64,000 bases of DNA. Origin: Mytilus californianus (taxonomy: Eukaryota). Below, piece after piece: positions 47,801 to 59,800 of this stretch. The translations under genes and the position numbers were made by a program. Every line of letters begins with the position of its first letter. Positions within the stretch are counted from its first letter, which is position 1. The DNA lies in assembly GCF_021869535.1 (NCBI RefSeq), contig NW_026262581.1:15872001-15936000 (forward strand), written 5' to 3'. Below the pieces are notes generated by a model that saw nothing but the letters and a program-made list of their open reading frames with translations, searched no databases and had not been told where the DNA came from.

Positions 47801-50800
47801 AATATTTTTCTCTCGTAGTACTAGTACTGAGTATAAACTCGTTTAAAATGTGTGTCTGTATTTACAATGTAAACATTCAGAAAAAAGTGTGAACATTGAG
47901 GTGGAATGCTGAAAAAAAACTGTTAATAGAAAAGATCTTTATGCTACATATAGATCCTGGCATATATGTGTCTGACAATTTATACAAAACTCTATAATAG
48001 TCTTTCATTTTAAAAGTTGTTTACAAGGTAAAATAATTTGTTCCCCTATTTTTCTCTAAAAGTAAAAAAAAAAAGAATTTCCCTACCTACCTACCCACAC
48101 ATGAGACGGGTTAGGAGGGTTTGGGCAAACAGAAATATTTTTAAGTCTGGCCTGACTGAGCAAGTAAAATGTCAAATACACGGGTTTATCTTAGTATTTC
48201 TTTTTCTTTAAAATATACTGTTGAAATGTATTGTGGTAATTACTGATTCATTTTACAAGTCCATTTGTAAGCTACAAAACACAGCTAAATAAGATATTGA
48301 TCAGAAAAAATGTTTTTAATGAGTAGATAATTCTAATATGTTTCAATGCTAACAACTTCATACTATTTTGTTCTTTCAGGATGCTGTTATGGATGTAAAG
48401 TTTTCACCTTCAGGACATCTTGTTGCTTCAGCCTCAAGAGACAAAACTTGCAGATTGTGGATACCGACTGTGTAAGTTAAGTTCTCTATTGATTGGTCAC
48501 ACATATGTACTGATACATTTCAGACAAAAAAAAATTAATTATATGACAATAAGTACAGCTTTTTCTATTCAATATTTAAAAACTATTAGGCCAGAACAAA
48601 TATACTTGTTTCATGCCTACTGACAAAATATAGGATAGGTAGTTGAAATATTATACATATATACTATATAGGGAAATATTATGGACCTCAACAGTGCTTA
48701 AATATTTTTGTTATGGACTTAAAACGGTGCTTGATCAAAAATGTCTATAAAATGTTGTAGGGTAGGTATGAAAATCTAGGATAGGTGTGAAGGCAAAAAA
48801 CACAAATATATGTTTAGGCATTTTTAAAGAACTAAATTTTCCAAATAAAAACGAGTAAGAGATTAAATAGCAATACATATACTAAATTAGAAGTTATATA
48901 TATACATATATTTTTGCACCTCATGTTTGCGGTATACCATCTTTTCCGCAAGTTTGTTGTTTTCTGTTTGGTATTAAATCAATAATTAAGACCCATTTTG
49001 TTACATCTGGTGATCCGTTTATCTGGCAATCACCATGGCAGTCAGCAGGGTTTAAGAACATCCGTTGTTTGACCTGCTAGTCAATAATCCCACTCAAATG
49101 CGTTTTGTTAAAATATACTTTTTTACTTTTTTGGTCTTATGGTCTTTTGGAAAATGTTGTTTGTGCTGTATTTAGACCCCTCTACCAAGAAATTAGTTTT
49201 GCATGCACACGTATAAAAAAAGTGGTTTTTATCCAACGCAATCATAGGTTTGAACATTGTTTTCAATTTAGACTTGTTTATATGTTTTCGTTTGGGCTTG
49301 TATTATATTTGCCTTCGGGTTTACATGATCCGTTCATCCTATTTCGACTCTTCAAAATTCAAGAGTCTATCCTAAATTGAGGTAAATTTATGGCCTTCCA
49401 AATACTGTTTCGATTCCTAACATCACTGAAGAGACATTAATTGTCAAAATCCGGATATGGTGAACAAAATTTATGCACCTCGTGTTTGCAGTTTTTATCC
49501 AACGCAATCATAGGTTTGAACGTTGTTTTCAATTTAGACTTGGTTGTACATATATATATATACATTTTATGTTTGTTTCATTACAGGAAAGGAGAATCGA
49601 CAGTATTTAAAGCTCACACAGCCACTGTCAGAAGTATAGATTTCTCTAGTGATGGCCAAACATTACTAACTGCATCAGATGATAAAACAATTAAGGTATG
49701 GTACAATATACACAAAGCAAAACTTTGTTTTAAAAAAGGTAGGAGTTGTGAATTATTTTACTTTTTTTATTAATATTAAATGCATATACATTTGTTAGAA
49801 TATAGGATTGTGAGTCATGTCAACAAAAACACCACTTTACAAACATTCAAAGTCAGGCAAAACATCGAAATCCTAGATTAGAAAATATAAAGCAGCTATT
49901 TTACAATGATATGTTACTACTTCATTATGTAGTTAAAAACAAGTGAAGATATGTCAATTTCAAGATGAAGAGCAGAAATAGTATATTCCTTACTAAAAGG
50001 CTGTTCCACAGTAGGACATTGTTAGTCATAAATCTACTGCATTTATGCATACACATGCTACACTCCATTTACAATATTGTAAAAAATAAATTTATTTTTC
50101 AGTTATGGACATGTCATAGGCAGAAATTCCTGTTTTCTTTAAATCAACACATAAACTGGGTCAGATGTGCTAAGTAAGTCAAAATTTGTATTTTGTTATC
50201 ATCCATAGATATTTAAAAAAAAAGTAGGAGGAGTTGTATTTAAAGCCTTATTTGTAATGAAATTGAATCCTTATAAAATCCTAGTTAGAATATTTAATAG
50301 GTGTGTCAGTGTTCCAGCTTGAATCTCAGGGCAGAAGGGTGCTAGTTGTCTGAAAGGACACTTTTGCGTTATAACCCAGATTTTTAGGGCAATGCTGGAC
50401 AGTGTATAAATTACCTTGAATATTGCTAGGCTCAGCTGGAGAACATTAGTTGTATTTAAACCATATTCAGAAATTAATGTTATCTTGATGTTTGTTCCAG
50501 CAAGAATTTTTTTTTATCAAATTATCATACCATGAAGCAAAACATATCATTTTGATGTTAATCTAAACAAACTTGTACATTTGGTAAGGAACATAATCAT
50601 CAGAAATTTCAATGTTTTATAACTTATACCAAAATAAACCAGTAGTTTTGAAAGATGGAGTTATACATGCAAAATTGAATGTTTAATGTAATTAAATTAT
50701 CTACATTTAAATTACTTGTTCAAACATATAGTATATATGTTATTGAGAGTTATTTATTATCATTAGAATTGTTACAAAAAAGTATTTTTAAGTGCACACC

Positions 50801-53800
50801 AAAGTTCTCCTCAGTAAGGAGTTTTATAAATATAACAGGTGAGACAGGAGATGATCATATTATATTGATGCAATAATATATTGCAGAAAGTATAAACAGT
50901 TACTTTTTTCTCCATCATTGTTAAAAATAAATTTGTTGAGTGCTCCATGTCAGGAGGATTATAAAATACAAGAAGTAAAACAGGAAGTGAATCTTGTTAT
51001 GTTCAAAGTACAAATTTCTTTGATTCTTTTTCAAATTTCATACTCATGGTTATGAAACAAATCTTTTTTTACCAATTAAGTCAAAACTATGTATGCCTTT
51101 GAAATTGTTTAAGATTTTATTTTTTATGTTATGCCTACTGAAATAAATTTTTTCAGGTGTACATGCTGTACATAAACATTACAAATGGATAACATGTGGA
51201 CATTTCATTCTGTATTAAATATCTAGTATTAGTTCAATTATCTTAAATCCACTAATTAGCAGTAAACAATCATTAACAAAGGTGATAAAACTGCCAAAGC
51301 ATTAGGTACTTAACTTAATCCCATTGTCAGTTAATTAGTGCATAGATATAATAGCCATAGATAAAGTACTCAGAATTTGTCACACTGTAGTTCCCTTTGA
51401 AATATCAAAAGCATGGCACTGCGCGTAGTGGCCTATGATGTACATTTTAGATGATATTTGCCGACATCCTCCCAATAGACTAATTACTTATCATAATTAT
51501 ATTTAAATTATCGGGCACTCGTCTTATCAACCGATAATTAATATGCGTTACCTGTCTCAAGTAATAATATGCCGTGATGCGGAAGCAATATAAAGCGTCT
51601 GGTTGTAAAAGTTGTTCGGATTGTAATTTATTTGGAGAAAATCGGTCAACAAATGAAAAGGTTATGCTGTTGTTGAAATAATAAAATAGAGAAATCATGG
51701 AAAATGGACTTAACAGGCATGTAAAATTAAATTGTCATAGCGCTTGCATCGGTTGCACTCGGAAAATAAGACCTGTATGATTGACAAGAGGAGACATATC
51801 GTTTACTGATCGTATACGTGGTTAAGAGGTCGAACCTGGTCGAATTTTTCTATGGCGAGTTAAAGAAATTTCTTTTTTATCGAGATTCAAAATAGTGTAA
51901 TCATATTTTATGCCAGAAAGAAGAAACTATAATTTTTTAGAAAAGAAAAAAGATTTTTGCAAGTGTTGAAACTTTCTGTCCTAACACGAAGTTTTAGAAA
52001 ATAAAGAGAAAAAAGGAATACATTATAAACTTATTAGATACCGTTTGGTGAAGAAAAAGTATGTAGTGGACACACTGAATACATTAAATAATTGGGAAAT
52101 AGCACAATCATGTCTCTGAATTTTTTCTTCTATATATCTTTCCGCTTACCATTTTGTGCTTGTTTTGCTATTAAATAGATGGTGGTATAATCTGATTGTC
52201 GATTTCATTTTTGAAGTAAACAATATATAGATTAAGCGTTATAATATTAATGGCTATGATATGATAAAATGAAAATATAGGAGTTTTGTCCTGTGTCATT
52301 CATGGTTTTTCCCCTTCCTTCTTACAATTGTGTTAGAGGTGTGATTCATACTATAAATACAGCTATATATCCTTTCCGGCGCGGGACGTAAGACGTTTGT
52401 GCTTTTTTAAATGGACATTTGCGCTTTTGATATAAGGACATTTGCGCTTTTTATATAGGACATTTGCGCTTTTACAATATTTACTTCTCATGACTTCCCC
52501 TCTATTTTATCCGAGGTTTGGACCTGGCAGAGTTAAAGGGAAAATTCGCGATTTTTTACTTATCATCTTATTATGTTCATAATACCATAAAAAACATATT
52601 CACCAAGTTTTATCTGGATATGAAAACTAATAAAGAAGAAAATTGGGAATTATTAATTTTATTTATTCGAACTTCCTGACTTCTGTGACGTAGTTTAAGT
52701 CTTTTTGCATGCCGGGAGTGGAATTAATCTCATTTAAGTCTTGTTCGTTAATCATCTAATAACGCGATTTAAAGCGCATCGACGACTTTTGGCTTAGCTA
52801 TTAACCAACTAATAATTAGGAAAGTAAAGTGATCAGCCGTGCAACTTTTAAAAATAAAATGTACGATTTATATTTTAAGGATTTCTGATATGATTATAGT
52901 CATTATAGTTATAAAAGTAAATCATACAATATAATATTTTTATGAATTTTTTTTCCGACGGATATTTTCAACAAACATATATAACTGATAGTGTATTAAA
53001 AATGCATGTTTGTATTCTCACCTTTTACTTCAGTCTAGTAAACATTTCTCGCTAGTACTGTGTAAAATAAATACAATGTGTATTGTACTATGACACTTAG
53101 TGACTACCTGTTGAATGCGTGGTTAAATTCAAGGTAGTTTAAGGTTTGCATTCTGTAATTCTAATCTTTTGATCTTCACTCAGTGAATTTTAGCCGTCAC
53201 GGTTCACTGTTCCAGGTGTGAACATCATTTCGTATGAATGATAAACGGGAGTGATAGTTTGAGACAGAAAATAAAAAAAGAAATATAATTATTTTGGGGG
53301 AGTAATATGGTGGCACAATAACTGGATAGCCGTGGTATATTTTTATATTTTCCGTAAGCTCAGTTTAAAATGAATTATGACTGCTGAATATTTTTGTAAC
53401 AATGAAATACTGAATTAATTTAATTGAATAAATAATAATGGCATTCTAAACACGAGTGTATGAACTAAAAATTGTACTATTTTAAATTAGAATCGGTAAC
53501 CTTGCATATTTGAAATAGATAATTACCAATTGCAATTATATAATTTGGTCCGTCCAAAGCGATCTTTATTTACATATTCAGGAATTAATGTCCTTATCAA
53601 AATATTTTAAATCTCACAACGTATAAATACTTCAGCCATTTGAAGAAAGATGTTTAAAAAGTTGACAGGAAATTTAAGGTCAACTTTGTCTTATTGGAAT
53701 GAGATCGAATAATTACGAACAAAAATAATTTTCCGGTTTGAAAAAGATAAAACAAAAATGATAAAAGAGAAATGTGGGTTTGAGACAGAAAAAAATAATT

Positions 53801-56800
53801 ATTTGGGAAGGAATATGGTGGCAAAATACCTGAATCGCCGTTATATATATTTTTTTATATTTTGCGTTAGCTCAGTTTTTAAATAGATGGGTGAGTATTT
53901 TGTTGTAACATCGGAATTCTGAATAACTTTCAATGAAATAATTTTATAAATAAAAATGGCCCACGAAAACGAGCGTATAAACCAAAAACTGTGCTATTTT
54001 GAATTATCATCGGTAACCTTGAATATTTAAATGTGCAGAGAAAATTATCAGTTACATTAATATAGTTTGGTCCGTCCAAAGCAATCTACATTTACCTAAT
54101 GGGGAATGTCCTTATTAAAATATTCTACATCTCACAACAAATACTTTAGCTATTTGACCAACGATGTATAAAAAAAATTTACAGAATCAATCTAACGTCA
54201 ACTTTCCTTTATTGAATGGAGACAGACCGGTGGAATCAATTTTCAATGTGCTTTATATCTTGTACCTTTGCAAGACTTATCATTCATTCACAAACCATGT
54301 CTATACCGCAGACATATATATACATATAATTATATGTCTGTCTTAACTGACAAGAATACTCCTGGTTTTACACTAGTAATTTGTTGGGCCCTTTATAGCT
54401 TGCTGTTCGGTGTGAGCCAAGGCTCCGTGTTGAAGACCGTACTTTGACCAATAATGGTTTACTTTTATAAATTATGACTTGGATGGAGAGTTGTCTCATT
54501 TGCACTCATACCACATCTTCTTATATCTATAAGCAGTATATTCTTTAAATTTCTGTGATTTAATACCAAGAAATAAAATTACCCGAAATTAATTTGATAC
54601 TTTGATACTCAATATTTTTCCTGGAAAATATTCACATCCTCATTCGGTCTGAAAATAAGATAAGAAACTGGTATACAGAACATGCAGAAGTGTGAATGTC
54701 ATAAAACCTTGTTATATCAGAAACCATTATAAATGTGAACCTGTATACGTAAGACCTCATGGGAAGATGTACCTAACCACATACAGGTAATATACAAGTA
54801 GCTCTGTTATACCCGGAAATGTCAAGGTTAATCTGACACTACCGATACAGAATGTACCAATGCAAAGTAAATTCTGATGATTGTGAAGCATGACCATTCA
54901 TGATTTTAGTGGAGTCTTAGGTGGGGGATCGCCGGAACGATTTTAAATTCTGACTAGATTTTTTCTCAATTTAAATCAATGAACTAAAAAATAAAAGAAG
55001 AAAACTACGTCCAAGAACAGAATTCTTCTTGTAAATTCATAAATACAATGTTCTTATTTTGTAAATTTCGATAGACTTGACCTCCAAACCCCCTCAAACC
55101 TGGGAACATTATATCTAACAATGTTTATGTTCCTGCCCAAATAAAAAAAAAAAGAAGAAAAAAAATGAAAGAGATGAACCACTAGAGATGAACGGTAAGT
55201 CACATCAGATTCAGATATTTATATAGTTGATTGTCGTTAACTAGAGATGTATAGTTACATGTCTATGCGTTAACTGATAAGAATAACAGGAAAGTATAAA
55301 CTTGAAATAGATTTATGATGAATAATATGCAACTGCGGCACCCCTTTTTATCAAAACGTACATGCATGTATTTTAACGACTGTCCGTTATTTCGATTATA
55401 ATGACAATTGTACGTGAAATCCTATAGTTGGTGAGACTTTTTTTTACCAGATATGCGACTTTTCGTATTTATATTTTCTCTTATATTACTCTTATTTAAT
55501 ATTTTATGCATAAGTGCAATATTGGGAATGGTTTATTCCCCCACAAGCTAACGTAATAAATTAATCAACCCTCAAGCTGATCAGACGTTAATACAACTAC
55601 TATCAGTCTATCCGGAGAAAAGTTTCTTTATTTCTTCAAATAAACTTTTTGGGGATCATTAGTGTACGCCCAGTGGCCAATATATTACATGCATGTCGGA
55701 ACAGGAAAATTGGCATAAGGTTCTATTAGAACCATGTTCACATTAATATACATTATACCCAACAATTGAGATGATGAAGAATTTCTTCAACTGTTCGAGA
55801 ACAATCTAATTGAAATATAAATCTGTGATTTTACTGTGTCCATAACTTCGATGAACCAAAGCAAGTTAGATATCGACCTGTATTTAAATCAAATCGGTTC
55901 TGGATGTTCTTTCTTATATTCAATATACAATTTTAAATTGCGACTATCTAAAGTTCCGTAACTTTCTATCTAGGCGTATAAACCAATGATCGACAAGTGC
56001 GTACATTTTTGTTAAATCAATAGTCTTTCATGTTTCAAAATGTCCATCATTATTGACAACGAGTATAAACTTACATTTTCCCCAATTTACCCTTGGAAAA
56101 ATATGTAAATAGATTTTTATTTTATCAAATCTTTTTTTGGAATTATTTAGATTTTCATAAATATCATTCTTTACACCAGAAATGTTATTTATAAACAAGC
56201 GTATGAGTTTAGTAATGACTAGTATATCACTATCATACACGCAAGACAGAGATATTAACACCTGATAGTTTCAAAATGGAAAGTTACAAGTTATCGGCTG
56301 TGTACACTGATCAATACCCTCAGAAGTGAAGCGATGCATGAACATGCTTTATGTAATTGTGTAATAAGAGTTTTTAAGCCCGACAGGAAATCTCTTGAAT
56401 ACCTGGACGTGTCACCTCACAATACCCCAGGGAATAATTCCTTTAGCCATGCTGGTGATCAGATAAGAGAAGGTCCGAATATATTTAAATAAGTTTATTA
56501 CATAAAAGAATTATGAACAAATTAGATTTTCGAAAACGATTTTACACGGAACACTTATTTATGACATTGAACTTTGACTTTTTAACTAATTCCCATATAA
56601 ATTTCTTGTTTCAAAAACTTCGTAAAGAAAAAACAGTTTAAAAACGACAGACCATAGTTATTTAAAAAAATAATTACATTTTCCGTATCAAGTTAGTTAG
56701 TCGGATAAATGCGACTACGTTAGGTTACTGCTGGTTTTGGTCCTTTGTGGTTTATAGATATATCGTGGTTTCTAAACCGAGAAGATGTCAAAATGGCCGC

Positions 56801-59800
56801 ACGCAGAGAATTGATACTCTAAATTTAAAATCGATGGTGATCTCTTATCTAGCAGAATAAAACTTTAATATTTATGAATTTGTGCTTTTTTATACAGAAT
56901 GGACATAATATCAATTTTTTATTTTTTTGCGAAGTTTCCCTTTAAAAAAAAAGTCGTTTTTTTTTTTATTATGGTTAAAAGTCATTACGTAGCACATTCG
57001 TGTGTTTAAAAGTCTCCCGATTCACAATTTATTAGATATCGATCTACGGCAATTGCCAATTAAGGCTAATTAACACCAAGCGTGACATGTATATAATAAG
57101 AGGGTTATAAAATTTCGGCAAATATCATCTGCTTTTGATGTGAATCCAGTACTTTATCTATGGCTATTATATCTATGATTAGTGTTACACAATCAGGTAA
57201 CAATTTTACCAGAAATGCCGGTAGGCATGAAATTTGGAAATTTTATTTTTTTGAAAAGGCAGAGGGGGGCATTCTTTTACTTTGGAGGGCAGAAGGGCGG
57301 GGGTAAGGGCACCAAGGGCGGGCCGCCCTTCTATTTAGGGCAGGCGGGAACACTGCTGTGTACAAAGTATTAACTTAAACCCCGTCTGAATTTTCTGACT
57401 ATTCACATAGATGTAAGTTCCAAAAGTGGAATATTTTTCTGATCAAAATTTTTTTTTTTAAACATATACTTTCAAGAGGGAAATAATGATTGCATACAAG
57501 AACCACATTAACATAAGAAGTCTAAGAAAGGTATTTTTCATACAGACAAGTGCTTCTTTATATTTGAAAATTAACCAAAAATCTATACATTTTCACAAAA
57601 AGCTGTGAAAATGACTTTTAGTGACATCATAACTTTATTTACTGTGAAGTCATGGGTCCTGAATAGTCTGTTCCCTAAAACCTGGTCACAAATAAACGTC
57701 TGGCTTGATTGACCAGAAACCAGTACATGACATCAGTATAATGTACGGTAATGCAAACGTATAGTTTAATTTGCTTTCTCTATGGAAAAAATAATATATA
57801 CCAATAAAGAACTTGTGTGTTAATTACTATATTTTAAGAATTTAAATACTAATTTTAGATTTTCACCAGATGGAAGATTAATAGTATCAGGTAGTGATGA
57901 TAAAACTGTCAAGTTGTGGGACAAGAATAGTAAAGAATGTATCCATACATTCTATGAACATGGAGGGTAGGTATAATGTTATTATTTGATTGATCATAGA
58001 TCAGTTAGAAGTTTGATTACTGAAAATTTAAACAAGGATTGAATTTTGATATGCTACAGAAATACTTCACGAAATATACTTAAATAAGGCAAGGCAATGG
58101 AAATAAGTCATCTTGTTTGACAAAAAATTTCTGACCAAGATCAACATATAACATACTATTCCAATTTCCTGAGTGAAGATTTAAATTTCCATTTAATTAC
58201 TGAGATTTCCTTTGAGTTGTATTAATTATAGCTGATATGTTCATTTGTTATTGTTATCTTTACCCTTAACTTTTATAATAACAAATTTAGTTAAAACCAA
58301 AAAATATAGTCGTAAAAAACACACCTATTAAAGTTTACATTATATTACTGTTAGAAATTTTTTAAGGATTTTTTGTAATTTCAAATTTGAAACCTACTTG
58401 AACTTAATAGGTAGAGATATATTTTATTTTCAGTCAGTACAAACAGAAGGTAAATTTTCAAATTGTTCATCATCTAAAAGCAAAATAAAGTATAACATTG
58501 AAATCGACATAGGAAAATTTTTGACTAGACAGCAATCCAAATACACATGAATGAATGTAAGGATACTAAATATCAAACATTAAACCACTCAATCAACCAC
58601 TATTCCAAAAAGCCAAAACAGACTGTCAAACTAGAATACTATCAGCTGAAAAAACATTTTGAATAAACAGTTTTATATTCTACACTCAAGGAACAGGGAT
58701 ATATGTTATTTATTTCATTTATACATTAAACTGACTTAACTGTTTCTAATGTATTTTTTTTTTTTTTTCAGATTTGTAAATCATGTTGAATTCCATCCCA
58801 GTGGTACATGTATAGCATCAGCAGGTACAGACAGTACTGTGAAAGTCTGGGATATCAGAACCAATAAACTACTGCAACATTACACAGGTAAAATAATAAA
58901 CTACTGCAGCATTACACAGGTAAAGTAATAAACTACTGCAGCATTACACAGGTAAAATAATAAACTACTGCAGCATTACACAAGTACATGTCATAAACTA
59001 TTATCATTATACACTATACAGTAAAAGTAATAAACAACTACAGAATAACAGAAACACCAGTAAACTATTGCACAACACATGACACGTGTAAATAAAAAAA
59101 GTATAACAAATATACAGAACTCCAAGGCAAAGTTGATAAAAACTGACAAAATCAAACACTATCAATCAATGAAACAAGTGAAAAAACAACTGCCATATTC
59201 ATGACTTGGTACAGACATGCTCTGAAGAAAATAAACTTTTGAATTCACTATCATGACTTTGGACATGTAGCATTGCTGCATTCTTAAAGTTAAACTGGTG
59301 AAAAACATTCTATAACATTTTTTTCTATATTTAGCAACCAAAGTTTTGCAGCATTGTAGACTATTTTTTGCATGTATGTAAAGATTTTCTCTAAGAACTA
59401 AATATATGATGGATTGATTGAAAGGAAGCCAAAAAGATATACATATATCAGAGGCCAAACAATTACATACAATAACATACTTCAAGTTATATGTTAAGAA
59501 TGGTGCTTATTGAAAATATACTTACTAAGTCTTATATTTAATGTATTCATTTCCAGCTCATTCAGCAGCAGTGAATAGTTTAGCTTTCCATGCCAGTGGG
59601 AATTATTTATTATCAGGATCTGACGATGCTACACTAAAGATTTATGATTTATTAGAAGGAAGATTGTTTTACACATTACATGGTCATCAGGTATTATATT
59701 ATTCAGATAATATTAATAAAAAAAGATATGGGATAAACATCAATGCAACAACAATGCAATTATTCTAAAACCAGTTGTTGGCATGACACGGGTTATGTTC

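Noticed and set aside
47554-47892. 112-aa hydrophobic plus-strand ORF
   Set aside because: Antisense of a LINE-like C-terminal frame; nested in a POC1 intron without usable splice sites.
50307-57355. Possible 7-kb hAT element bounded by CAGTGTTCC / GGAACACTG
   Set aside because: Flanks give no 8-bp TSD (AGGTGTGT versus CTGTGTAC), and each end has a closer partner (about 50447 and about 57180), so two short elements are more likely.
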